Positions 1-9,385 of a DNA stretch of 64,000 nucleotides are shown piece after piece; the stretch's first letter is position 1, and the number at the start of each line of letters is the position of its first letter. Under the pieces are notes generated by a model, which was not told where the DNA came from, searched no databases, and saw only the letters and a program-made list of their open reading frames with translations. Made by a program: the position numbers and the translations under genes. This DNA is from an uncultured Verrucomicrobiae bacterium (GTDB taxonomy: Bacteria; Verrucomicrobiota; Verrucomicrobiia; Limisphaerales; Palsa-1400), in assembly GCA_963764165.1 (NCBI GenBank), contig CAVXRD010000002.1, positions 640,001 through 704,000 of the forward strand, in the 5' to 3' direction.

Positions 1-212
1 AGCCGAGTTAAAGCGAGGCTCTCGATGTTCGTCGCTGACGCGGCTGAAAGAGCTTTGTGCAAACTCGCGAGACGAGCGTCGGCCACCAGTTGCGGTGCCC
101 CCGCGCAGTGGTATTGCAGGAATGCTTCCGCGCCATGCGCCGCGCAACCGGCGAGGAAGCAGGCGAAACCGCAAACCAACAGTCGAACTCGATAACGAAA
201 AGGCATCGACAT
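1..212 (-). CDS. Partial CDS (runs off the left edge), probable exported protein
   Basis: Not in the ORF track. Open frame from ATG 212 (or 206): MSMPFRYRVRLLVCGFACFLAGCAAHGAEAFLQYH..., with a basic N-terminus and hydrophobic core resembling a signal peptide and no stop before base 1. Confidence 0.55.
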   Translation of the reverse strand, partial: MSMPFRYRVRLLVCGFACFLAGCAAHGAEAFLQYHCAGAPQLVADARLASLHKALSAASATNIESLALTR

Positions 213-291
213 CCCTATTGTCTACGAATTGGAGCAGGCCAACGCAAACGAAATCCTTTCCTTCCCGGAAGCACCGGCTAGAATATTTGAA

Positions 292-1794
292 GTGGATCTT
301 CAAAAGCGAATAGAAGAAGCCCGCGAGCTTCACAATCAGGATCGTTACCTGGAGGCCACCGCCGCCTACGAAAAGCTCGTGCAACTCTGCCCGCAATCGT
401 CGCAGATTTGGTTTGAATATGGCAGCGCGGCGGGGAACGCGCGCCTATTTGACCTTTTTGATCGGGCGTGGAAAAAAGCCATGGAACTGGATCCACACGC
501 GCACGTCATGCGGCTGCATATGGGGCATCAATACGCGCTGATGCGGATGCCAGACAAGGCTAAAGCCGCCTTTGAGGCCGCCGCGCAAATCGCCCCCGCG
601 GCCATTGATCCCCAAATTGCGCTGGCGATGTTTTATGAGAGGAATCACCAGTTCTCCGAAGCGCGCGAGATTGTCGAACACGCGTTGACCAAGCATCCGC
701 GCGATGACCAGGCGCTCTACTTTTCGGCGCTGTTGGATCGCAGGGAGAAAAAGCTCGTCGAGGCCGAGAGCGGGTTAAGAGACCTTCTGGCATCCGGTCC
801 GCGGCACGAATTCGTGCAGTACGGCGTCCGCTACGAGTTGGCGGAAGTATTGAACGCCACCGAGCGCTATGACGAGGCGATGGAAATGTTGCGGCAAGCC
901 AAGGAAATCCTGCAATCACTGGCCAACGTGAGTGCGATGTATTCGGAGTATGACGAATTTGCCAAGCGCTTCAAGTCATTCACGCGTGGTTTCCCGAGAA
1001 ATATATTGAAGACGTGGGCGCGCGAATTTCCCGAAAGATCGAGGGAATCCATTCCGCCGCTAGCCTTTCTCGGAGGGCATCCGCGCAGTGGAACCACCTT
1101 GCTGGAGCAAATCCTCGGGGCGCATCCGGATATTGCCGCAATCGATGAATCTCTTTCATTTGATTTCGTCGTCGCGCGGATGCATGAGCAATCCGGGCAA
1201 CTGCCGCCCTCCCGCTTGAATATCATGCGGAAGAAGTATTTTGAAGCGATCTTGATGGAGGCAGGATCCTATAGAAAAGGCCAGCTTGTTCTGGATAAGA
1301 ATCCTTCGCCCACGGTTCGCCTCCGCATCTGGCTGCGAGTGTTCCCGGAATTGCGGGTCATCATCGCGCTGCGCGATCCGCGGGACGTCATCATCAGTTG
1401 CTACTTTCAAAACATCGCCCTGAATGCTGTTAACGCGAATTTCCTGACGCTGGAGCGCGCGGCCAAACATTACTCGAATCTCATGGATGTTTGGCTGACC
1501 GTGCGCGAATGGGAAGGGCTTCGGGCAATCGAGACCCGTTATGAAGACGTCGTCGCCGATACGGCCAAAGAGGGTCGCAGGGTAACGGAGTTTCTCGGCC
1601 TGAATTGGCACGAAGACCAGGAGCGATTCTACGACAAGAGCAGCAAGAAACGGATTAATTCACCGACCTATCACGAGGCCAGCCAGCCCATCTACAAACG
1701 AGCAGTCGCCCGGTGGCCTCTTTACGAAAAACATCTGAAGCCAATACTTCCGATCTTGGAGCCGTATTGCAAAAAGCTGGGTTACGACACGTAG
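292..1794 (+). CDS. TPR-repeat sulfotransferase family protein
   Basis: N-terminal TPR-like helical repeats; 5'-PSB motif GHPRSGTTLL, DKNP, 3'-PB motif RDPRDVIIS, YEDVV. Start set at GTG 292 (TAGAAT at 279-284); the track's TTG 229 is only 16 bp from the divergent ORF. Confidence 0.88.
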   Translation: MDLQKRIEEARELHNQDRYLEATAAYEKLVQLCPQSSQIWFEYGSAAGNARLFDLFDRAWKKAMELDPHAHVMRLHMGHQYALMRMPDKAKAAFEAAAQIAPAAIDPQIALAMFYERNHQFSEAREIVEHALTKHPRDDQALYFSALLDRREKKLVEAESGLRDLLASGPRHEFVQYGVRYELAEVLNATERYDEAMEMLRQAKEILQSLANVSAMYSEYDEFAKRFKSFTRGFPRNILKTWAREFPERSRESIPPLAFLGGHPRSGTTLLEQILGAHPDIAAIDESLSFDFVVARMHEQSGQLPPSRLNIMRKKYFEAILMEAGSYRKGQLVLDKNPSPTVRLRIWLRVFPELRVIIALRDPRDVIISCYFQNIALNAVNANFLTLERAAKHYSNLMDVWLTVREWEGLRAIETRYEDVVADTAKEGRRVTEFLGLNWHEDQERFYDKSSKKRINSPTYHEASQPIYKRAVARWPLYEKHLKPILPILEPYCKKLGYDT

Positions 1795-1812
1795 ACCTTA
1801 TTTTGGCGCTAC
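1697..1812 (+). repeat. Direct repeat copy 1 (116 bp), pairs with 4775-4890
   Basis: First 79 nt differ from copy 2 at 5 positions, followed by 25 divergent nt and an identical ttttggcgctac. Confidence 0.95.
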
Positions 1813-4719
1813 ACCTGCGCTTTTTGCCGTCCGCTCAAGAACGCGCGACAAATAGGCTAGTTCGGCGGATTCCGGCTGCAGTTGCAGGCCACGCCGGACG
1901 AGGGCCTGGGCTTGGGCGATGTTTCCAAGGCGCAGGCTGATCTTGGCCGCCAAATCCGCATAATAGTCTGGCGACCAGTCAACATCTCCAGGGTGGTAGC
2001 CAGGCAATGCGTTCAGAACCTTGCTGACGGTTTCCACAGCGTTGGTTTGTTTCGCGGCATCTCCGGCGCGCAAATCAAATTCGGACATGACAACTTGTTG
2101 AGTCATCACATTGGTGGCATTGCTGGGCGGCCCGTAGATGGGAAAGTTCTGCGTCTTGCCGTGAAACGCGCAGGGCATGGCGCGATTCGCGCTGGCGATT
2201 TGCCGGGCGGCCGGGCCACCCGTGTATTGGGCGTAGCGATCACCCAAATCACGCATGATGTCTACATTGGCGGAGCCGTAGCCGCTCAGAAATACCAATT
2301 TCCAGACAGGCGGACCCAATTCGCCCAAGGCGTCGTTGGCTTCATTCGAGGCGAGATCCATCTGCCATGTGCGTTCGTCGAATCTAAAAAGTTGAAATAC
2401 GCCTCTGTTGTGCATGTGAATGAAAAACGAACGGGGCGCGGCGTATTCGAGGACGGGCGTTTCGTCCCCATGCATCGGTCCCGGAGTGGCGATCGCGAAG
2501 GCAGTGCGTTGGGAGGCAAGACGGCGCGCCAGGAGAGCTTCGGGCGATTGCAGTCCGATGGAGGCCAGGTCCTTTCGCAGGTTTTCCGACTCGAACGCCT
2601 TGGAAAACACCTTGGGGTTCGAAGCCCACCCGCGATCCGAGCCGAGCAGCACGATGTCCCCGTCGTCCACATCCCAAATTTCCATGACGGGAAAGACCGA
2701 GGCGAACGTGCGCAAAACAGTGCTGACAGTGTCGTCGTCCATTTCGTAGGTGTGGAACCATTGCGTCATGATTCCACCGGGCTTCAGGCGTTTGGCGGCC
2801 AATTGATAAAACTCCCTGGTGTAAACGCTGGCCACGCCGATCATCCACGGGTTGGACGGTTCCGAAATGATCACATCATATTGCTGCGAGCCGAGCTTCA
2901 GCGCCGTGCGGGCGTCCTCGTGATAAATGCGCGCGCGGCTGTTGGTGAGCACGCCGTGATTCCACGGATCGAAAATCCTGGCCGCGCGCAGCACGGGTTC
3001 GCAATTTTCCGCCACCGTTAAATGTTCAATGGGATATTGCAGCGTCGCCCCCGCCGTGGTGCCGCTGCCCATGCCGAAACAAAACACGTCCTTGCTCTCC
3101 GGCCGCGCCATCAGCGGCAGGTAAGCCAGCAGAAGCTGCGTGGCCGCATCGCCCCGCGACGACGCATCCACCTTGCCATCGATGCGCAAGCTGAATTCCT
3201 CCGTGCCTTTAACGCGTTCGACCGAGACCGTCGCATCAGGGGCGTCCTCGTAAAAATCCAAATGAACGGCATTCGTGCGGTTCAAAACGTGCGCTTGCCA
3301 AAGCTCCGGCACGTTCTCGCGGAACACGCCCGCGCTGATCACGTAGCGCCAATTATCGTCGCCGTGGAGCGAGGCGGCCGCCAGCACGCAGGCCGCGCCG
3401 GCAGCAAACATTGTGCTTATGGGGCGGCGTTTGGCCAGGGCCACCGCGATGGCGGCCAGCACCAAAATCCAGGCCAGCGCGAGGAAGGCGCTGCGCAGGC
3501 CGATGCCTGGCATGAGCAGGAAGCCTGTCAACAATGATCCACCCACCGCGCCCAGCGTGTTCCACGTCAGAAGGCGCCCCACGCGGTCGCCCAGCAGGTG
3601 GGAAGTTTCCGAAACGGTGCGAATCCACAGCGGCAGGACCGATCCCAGCGTCGCCGCCGGCAAACCCAGGACGCACAGCGCGATGATGCCATCAAGGATT
3701 TGGACATAGGCGTAGCCGACAGGATTGTAGTTCAACCCGTTGCGCGCCCAGAGAAAAATGGTGGCGAGATTTTCAAATTTATATACGACAATTCCGATAT
3801 AGACCGCCGCGCCGAGCAATAGAAAAATCGTCGGCCCCTCGCCGCGCAAGTGCTTGAAGCGAGGCGAAGCCACCAAACCGCTGCCAAAGCCGATGCCCAA
3901 AATGAAGGACATCAGCACCAGCGCGAAGGCTTGGAGCGACGCTCCAAAAACCAGGCAGAGCGAGCGCGTGGCCAGCACTTCCAAACCCATTGAAACCGCG
4001 CCGGTCAGCGCGACCATCACGCAGCCCCAGCGAAGAATCGAGGCCGCATTGGCGGGCGGTTCCGGCAAGGCCGGTTGTGGTTCGCCAGTTCGAACTTCGG
4101 TCGGGATCGCGGCGGGCTGCGTCCGATCCAGGGCGATGGCGATGGAGCCGACAATCACATTAACCACCGCGCTGCAATTCATCGTGCCTCGAAGCCCAAG
4201 CCATTCGATCAGCCAGAAGCCCGTCAACCCCGCGCCCATGACCGCGCCGAGGCTGTTGATCGAGTAAAATTGCGCGGAGTGGCGGCCGGCATCGGGGCCG
4301 TGCCGTTGCAGCCAGGCCGCCAGGATTGGCAGGGTGCCGCCCATCAAAATCGTCGGACCGAGCAGCAACGCCACGCTCAGAATGCCCTTGAGCAAAAGCA
4401 ACCAGGCCGGATGTTCCAGGAGACCGGTGCCTGCCGCTGTGAAAACTGCATCAGCCATTCGATACAGCAGCGAAAAAAGAAAGGCGAAGAGGCCGATGGC
4501 AATTTCGATGAATCCATAAATGGCCAGAGGGTGCCGGGCGGCATCCGCTTTGCGGCTGAACAATTTGTTGCCGAGCGCCAGTCCACCCATGAAAACCGCC
4601 AGCACGACCGTTTGCGCCTGAATAGTGCTGCCAAAGAGAAGTGCGAGATATTTGGACCAAATCACTTCATAGGCCAAGGCTGTCGCGCCGGAACAAAAGA
4701 ACAGCAACAAAATCAGCAT
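1798..4719 (-). CDS. Fused multi-TM membrane domain / spermidine synthase-like SAM-binding protein
   Basis: N-terminal FFCSGATALAYEVIW...FMGGLALG and many TM helices; then GMGSGTT, EDAR, YDVIISEPSNPW, YTREFY. ATG 4719 preferred over 4812. Confidence 0.85.
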   Translation of the reverse strand: MLILLLFFCSGATALAYEVIWSKYLALLFGSTIQAQTVVLAVFMGGLALGNKLFSRKADAARHPLAIYGFIEIAIGLFAFLFSLLYRMADAVFTAAGTGLLEHPAWLLLLKGILSVALLLGPTILMGGTLPILAAWLQRHGPDAGRHSAQFYSINSLGAVMGAGLTGFWLIEWLGLRGTMNCSAVVNVIVGSIAIALDRTQPAAIPTEVRTGEPQPALPEPPANAASILRWGCVMVALTGAVSMGLEVLATRSLCLVFGASLQAFALVLMSFILGIGFGSGLVASPRFKHLRGEGPTIFLLLGAAVYIGIVVYKFENLATIFLWARNGLNYNPVGYAYVQILDGIIALCVLGLPAATLGSVLPLWIRTVSETSHLLGDRVGRLLTWNTLGAVGGSLLTGFLLMPGIGLRSAFLALAWILVLAAIAVALAKRRPISTMFAAGAACVLAAASLHGDDNWRYVISAGVFRENVPELWQAHVLNRTNAVHLDFYEDAPDATVSVERVKGTEEFSLRIDGKVDASSRGDAATQLLLAYLPLMARPESKDVFCFGMGSGTTAGATLQYPIEHLTVAENCEPVLRAARIFDPWNHGVLTNSRARIYHEDARTALKLGSQQYDVIISEPSNPWMIGVASVYTREFYQLAAKRLKPGGIMTQWFHTYEMDDDTVSTVLRTFASVFPVMEIWDVDDGDIVLLGSDRGWASNPKVFSKAFESENLRKDLASIGLQSPEALLARRLASQRTAFAIATPGPMHGDETPVLEYAAPRSFFIHMHNRGVFQLFRFDERTWQMDLASNEANDALGELGPPVWKLVFLSGYGSANVDIMRDLGDRYAQYTGGPAARQIASANRAMPCAFHGKTQNFPIYGPPSNATNVMTQQVVMSEFDLRAGDAAKQTNAVETVSKVLNALPGYHPGDVDWSPDYYADLAAKISLRLGNIAQAQALVRRGLQLQPESAELAYLSRVLERTAKSAGVAPK

Positions 4720-4774
4720 GCCGTTAAAGGGCAGGAGAACGTGACGGAAAACAAGCCTGAAATCAATCGCGCTG

Positions 4775-4890
4775 AACGAGCAGTCGCCCGGGAGCCTCTT
4801 TGCGAAAAACATCTGAAGCCAATACTTCCGATCCTGGAGCGGTATTGCAAAAACTTGGCTGCGATTATCTAGCGGCTGTTTTGGCGCTAC
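4775..4890 (+). repeat. Direct repeat copy 2: degenerate duplicate of the sulfotransferase 3' end
   Basis: Translates as RAVAREPLCEKHLKPILPILERYCK versus RAVARWPLYEKHLKPILPILEPYCK in the gene. Confidence 0.95.
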
Positions 4891-5540
4891 CGGCGGCGCA
4901 AGAAATAGCGAAGAAGCGTTACTCCCCCTGCGATTGCACTGAGAGCGAAGGTGTCAGGTTCAGGAACAGAATCCACCAGATCACCCAAGGCAGCCGAGGG
5001 CAAACTAGCTGGTGTCGAGGGTGGCCCGCTGGAGGATGGTCCGCCCAAGATTACATTCGCTGCTGAGGAATTCAGGATCGGCACGCCATCCGCGAGAGCC
5101 TGCGCATAGCTAGTTATAGCTCCACCCTCATTGTACCATAGGAATAATTGCACTGTGGCAATTGAACCTGCAACAGTGCCTGGTACTTCTGCATAAGCAG
5201 TCGAAGCCCATGTTCCGGGCACTGTATCGTTTATCCCGTTTGCCAGCGTGGCTGTAGCCCCAAGAGGCAGCAAGGACCAGCTTGGGACGTTCGCGCCAAC
5301 CGCGCCATAGAGTTCCACGGTCCAGTCATTCCCATTATGCACTTGAAGGCTGTAATTTGCGATCGTTGGAGTCGGTCCAACCGAGGTCCCTCCGAGAGAC
5401 ACGGTAGTATTTCCGGTGCGGTAATATGCGTAGATATACGGGCTGAGCACTCCGTAATTTGCCAAGCTCACCGTCCCTTGCGCATGCACTGCAAACGCAC
5501 CCGCAAGCAGCGTTAACATGCATGGAATCCGTGTTTTCAT
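4887..5540 (-). CDS. PEP-CTERM sorting domain protein (paralog 5)
   Basis: Signal peptide MKTRIPCMLTLLAGAFAVHA-QG; C-terminal VPEPDT + TM helix + RRR. Confidence 0.88.
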   Translation of the reverse strand: MKTRIPCMLTLLAGAFAVHAQGTVSLANYGVLSPYIYAYYRTGNTTVSLGGTSVGPTPTIANYSLQVHNGNDWTVELYGAVGANVPSWSLLPLGATATLANGINDTVPGTWASTAYAEVPGTVAGSIATVQLFLWYNEGGAITSYAQALADGVPILNSSAANVILGGPSSSGPPSTPASLPSAALGDLVDSVPEPDTFALSAIAGGVTLLRYFLRRR

Positions 5541-5605
5541 AATGACGGCCTTTCGCGTCCCCCGCCAACGGGCGGAGACACTCCCCATAAAAGGCTACGT
5601 GTCCA

Positions 5606-6295
5606 TCAAGGTTTTTTTCGCATCCTTCTTGCCAGTTGTTGCGCAAACGGCGCCAAGCCGGTCGCGAAAAGCATCAGTGTGGAACCTTCAGGAACCGGAT
5701 TAACAACTGAATTCGCGCCGACGATAATATTTCCCAGCGCACTAGATGGAAGCGTTGTCGGCACGATGGGGGGGCCGTTGGCCTCAGGTCCGCCGACCTG
5801 CACATTGGCCGCCGCCGACATTCCTGTAGGAACTCCGGCAGCTATCGCTTGATCCAAGCTTGTGATCTGTCCTCCGGCGTTGTACCAAGCGTAGACCTGC
5901 ACCGTTGCAAACGAGCCGGCGTAGCCCGTTCCGGGAATCGTGGCTACTGCCGTCGACCACCAAGTTCCAACGATCGGGTCAATCGTGCCATCGGCCACAT
6001 TGGCCGTTACGCCAAGTGGCTCCAAACTGCCTGCGGCGTCATTTTGCCCGGGAGCGCCGTACAACGCCACCGTCCAGTCATTTCCATTTTGGATCTCGCT
6101 GCCATAATTTGACAGCGTTGCGGCTGGGCCAGCGGAAGATCCTCCCAAGATCGAAGTAACGCCATTCGCCGCTTTGTAGCTAACATAGATATATGTGTTA
6201 AAGACGAGATAATTCGCCATGCTGACTGTGCCTTGGGAATAAACAGCACTCGCCCCGGCCAGCAGTGTCAAAGCGCATAAAACATGTTTTTTCAT
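5606..6295 (-). CDS. PEP-CTERM-like protein with variant sorting signal (paralog 4)
   Basis: MKKHVLCALTLLAGASAVYS-QG; shared NGNDW and AWYN motifs; tail VPEGSTLMLFATGLAPFAQQLARRMRKKP. Confidence 0.85.
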   Translation of the reverse strand: MKKHVLCALTLLAGASAVYSQGTVSMANYLVFNTYIYVSYKAANGVTSILGGSSAGPAATLSNYGSEIQNGNDWTVALYGAPGQNDAAGSLEPLGVTANVADGTIDPIVGTWWSTAVATIPGTGYAGSFATVQVYAWYNAGGQITSLDQAIAAGVPTGMSAAANVQVGGPEANGPPIVPTTLPSSALGNIIVGANSVVNPVPEGSTLMLFATGLAPFAQQLARRMRKKP

Positions 6296-6341
6296 AATCA
6301 CATCCTTTTTGTTCGAGTGCCTTCCATAACCTGAATTCGAC

Positions 6342-7028
6342 TTAGGACTTGGGGCGGAAGCGAGTCAGAAACGCCGAGGCTCCCATGACGCCAAGGGCAA
6401 GCGTGCTGGGCTCCGGAACCCCAAAAATGATGCCGCCGTCGAAACCCTGAGGCATGTCGAGACTCTCAGGCAGTGTCGGGGCCGTGGCAGGCGGACTGCC
6501 GCCACCGAGGCCGGTAATGTCAGCAACTGCGGATACGCCAATTGGCACTCCGTCAGCGAGCGCTTGGGAAAAACTGGTGATCGCGCCGCCGGCGTTGTAC
6601 CAAGCAACGAGCTCGAGTGTCGCCGTGCCGGAAGCTCCACCGGTCGTGCCAGGAATGGTGGCAATCACGGTAGAGGCCCAAATTCCAGCGGTGGCGAGCG
6701 TCGTGCCGAGTGTTACAATCGCACCAGGAACGGGCGACAGCGTCGTCGCATTGAGGCCAGGCGCAGCATAGAGCTGAACAGACCAGTCGTTGCCATTAGC
6801 GATTTCAAGGTTGTAGTTATACGTAGTCGCCGGAGGACCAAAGGCAGAACCACCGAGATCAGCAGGATTGACACCAGCCGATTTGTAAGTGACATAGAGG
6901 TATGGGCTTAACACACCGTAGTTCGCCATGCTGATTGAGCCTTGAGCGTAAACAGCACTTGCACCGGCAAGCAGTGTCAGGGCACTTGTTACTGCTTTTT
7001 TCAAATTATGATTTAGTGTCTGATTCAC
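6342..7028 (-). CDS. PEP-CTERM sorting domain protein (paralog 3)
   Basis: VPEPSTLALGVMGASAFLTRFRPKS tail; start is GTG 7028 (overlapping the upstream TGA) or TTG 7004. Confidence 0.9.
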   Translation of the reverse strand: MNQTLNHNLKKAVTSALTLLAGASAVYAQGSISMANYGVLSPYLYVTYKSAGVNPADLGGSAFGPPATTYNYNLEIANGNDWSVQLYAAPGLNATTLSPVPGAIVTLGTTLATAGIWASTVIATIPGTTGGASGTATLELVAWYNAGGAITSFSQALADGVPIGVSAVADITGLGGGSPPATAPTLPESLDMPQGFDGGIIFGVPEPSTLALGVMGASAFLTRFRPKS

Positions 7029-7654
7029 TTGCGACGCAAGCGCAGAAGGAAGGCCGAGGCTCCCATCACGCCAAGGGCAATCGTGCTTGGTTCCGGAGCA
7101 AAAGTTATGTTGCCGAGGCTCTCGGGCAACGAAGGGGCCGTGGCAGGCGGATTGCCGCCACCGAGGCCGGTAATATCAGCAACGGCGGAGTAGCCAACCG
7201 GCACTCCGTCAGCGAGCGCTTGGGAAGCGCTGGTGATCTAGCCACCGTCGTTATACCAAGCATAGAGCTGGAGTGTGGCCGTGCCTGTTGATCCACCCGT
7301 CGTTCCAGGAAGAGTGGCAATCGCCGTAGATGCCCACACGCCAGCGGTGGTGGGCGTGGTGCCAAGTGTCACAATCGTCCCAGCCACGGGCAATAGTGTG
7401 GCCTGTGGATCATTCAGGCCAGGAGCAGCATAGAGCTGAACAGACCAGTCATTTCCATTGCCGACTTCAGCGGCAAAGTTATTCATAGTCGGAGCAGGAC
7501 CTGTGCTGCTGCCACCGAGGTAGACGCCCGCTTTGTAGGTGACATAGAGGTACGGGCTTAACACACCGTAGTTCGCCATGCTGACGGTGCCTTGGGCATA
7601 AACAGCACTCGCACCGGCCAGAAGCGTTAGCGCGCTTGTGATTGTTTTTTTCAT
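7025..7654 (-). pseudogene. PEP-CTERM protein (paralog 2) interrupted by an in-frame TAG at 7238-7240
   Basis: ...AWYNDGG*ITSASQALADGVP...FAPEPSTIALGVMGASAFLLRLRRK-TGA in one frame; paralogs have Ala or Gln at the TAG position. Confidence 0.85.
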
Positions 7655-7700
7655 AATTTGGATTGCCTGCCCTTCAGCATTTCCAAAACTCATCAAATGT

Positions 7701-7734
7701 AAAGAAAAAAAAGAGCCACTCTTTCGAGTGGCTC
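7701..7734 (-). terminator. Rho-independent terminator after PEP-CTERM paralog 1
   Basis: Minus strand GAGCCACTC-GAAA-GAGTGGCTC followed by TTTTTTTTCTTT. Confidence 0.9.
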
Positions 7735-7756
7735 AATGAAAGTCAAAAAGACTTGA

Positions 7757-8395
7757 TTACTTGCGGCGCAAGCGCATCAGGAACGCAGAAGCTCCCATAA
7801 CGCCAAGAGCGATTGTGCTGGGTTCCGGAACCGCGACAACAATGTTGCCGAGACCTTCAGGCAGCGACGGGGCCGTGGCAGGCGGATTGCCGCCACCGAG
7901 GCCGGTAATCGTAGCAATTGCGGATGTGCCAGTCGGAACTCCGTCAGCAAGCGCTGTGGCATAGCTGGTGATCGCGCCACCGGCATTGTACCAAGCATAG
8001 AGCTCGAGTGTAGCGGTGCCAGTAGATCCACCGGTCGTGCCAGGAATGCTGGCAATCACAGTCGAGGCCCAAGTCCCAATTTGAGTTGGGGCTGTGGCCA
8101 GCGTTACTGTCGAGCCAGCAACGGGCAACAGAGTAGTCGCATTCAGACCAGGAGCTGCATAAAGCTGAACAGACCAGTCATTGCCATTAGCAGTTTCGAG
8201 GTTGTAGTTCGACGTAGTCGCCGCAGGACCAACGGCAGAACCACCGAGTTCAACAGCAGCGACACCCGCCGCTTTATAACTGACATAGAGGTACGTGTTT
8301 AACACACCGTAGTTCGCCATGCTGATCGTGCCTTGGGCATAAACAGCACTCGCACCGGCCAGCAGTGTTAGGGCACCTGTTATCGTTTTTTTCAT
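7757..8395 (-). CDS. PEP-CTERM sorting domain protein (paralog 1)
   Basis: MKKTITGALTLLAGASAVYA-QG; canonical VPEPSTIALGVMGASAFLMRLRRK. Confidence 0.93.
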   Translation of the reverse strand: MKKTITGALTLLAGASAVYAQGTISMANYGVLNTYLYVSYKAAGVAAVELGGSAVGPAATTSNYNLETANGNDWSVQLYAAPGLNATTLLPVAGSTVTLATAPTQIGTWASTVIASIPGTTGGSTGTATLELYAWYNAGGAITSYATALADGVPTGTSAIATITGLGGGNPPATAPSLPEGLGNIVVAVPEPSTIALGVMGASAFLMRLRRK

Positions 8396-8454
8396 ATGAT
8401 GATTTGTTATCTGTTTGTGTTTTTGGTTGGAGAATTAATCTCTCTCACTCCCAC

Positions 8455-9144
8455 TTATTGGCTGACCGAGTAGTTTTCGAGCCAGTAATTGTTCGTGGCT
8501 TGCGCGTTAAAATAAAACACGCCGCCGCCAACCGTCGGGATGATTGGATCACCGAGCGGCCAGTTTGTGCTCAGATTTGCACCAGTCGCAATGTATTCAG
8601 TGTAGGCGGCTGTGGCACCACTGTAAACCCACGCCTGATCTTTCTTAACAGCGTTGGAGAAGGTCGTGAGGCTGTTGGTGACGATATCGCCAGAAGCAGG
8701 CTCGTACGAACTGACCATGTTGAACGAATCAGGATATAGGGTCACGCTCGAAGGGCCAGTCGGCACGGTTCCAACAAACGTAACAGTATAACTGACGTTG
8801 CTCGGGTTGAACAACCAGACAGCCGCACCGGGGCTGATCGTTTCTGTTCCGCCGTTCAACCAACCAGCAGCCACGCCGACATCTTCAACGTATTGCGGGT
8901 TAGCCGTAGGATTGAAGGTCCAAACCTGCCATTTTTTGTAAGCACCATTTGTATCCGGCAGCAAGGTGTTCAAGGTGTTGTCCGGCGACGCGATCAGCGG
9001 GCAGGAAATCATATTGAAACCAGGATAGGCCGTAATGTTGATGTATCCGACGGCGTTCAACGAATAAACATTCGTTTGGGCCATCGCTGAAACAGCGCCG
9101 ATCGTTCCGATCAGGGCTGATAGAAGCATTGTCTTTGTTCTCAT
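8455..9144 (-). CDS. Secreted hypothetical protein (VYSxNAVGY type), first gene of the PEP-CTERM cluster
   Basis: Signal peptide ending AMA-Q; internal two-fold repeat (PGFNMIS / DSFNMVS; KKWQVWTF / KKDQAWVY). Confidence 0.8.
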   Translation of the reverse strand: MRTKTMLLSALIGTIGAVSAMAQTNVYSLNAVGYINITAYPGFNMISCPLIASPDNTLNTLLPDTNGAYKKWQVWTFNPTANPQYVEDVGVAAGWLNGGTETISPGAAVWLFNPSNVSYTVTFVGTVPTGPSSVTLYPDSFNMVSSYEPASGDIVTNSLTTFSNAVKKDQAWVYSGATAAYTEYIATGANLSTNWPLGDPIIPTVGGGVFYFNAQATNNYWLENYSVSQ

Positions 9145-9385
9145 AATATTACTAACTTAACTTTTTTTTTGTTTCCGTGAGCACGACGACTTTCCCACAG
9201 GACAAACGGTGTGTCAACCGGTTTTTGCCTGCTTTTTCAGGAAAGCTCTCTTGCATCATTGTGGCAATATTTGCCGGAATTGTCGCCAAAGGTCAACTGT
9301 TTTTTGATTTTTTTTCACTTTTTTTGAACGAGGCATTATTCCACGAGTTTAACCGGGCTTCGAAGACCTTGCAATCTATTGCGAT

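Noticed and set aside
7238..7240. TAG recoding (pyrrolysine or alternative genetic code)
   Set aside because: TAG is the evident true stop of several genes here (1794, 33458, 42654, 60201) and no pyl genes are seen
9272..9288. Sigma-54 promoter for the PEP-CTERM operon on the minus strand
   Set aside because: Spacing is GG-N11-GC rather than N10
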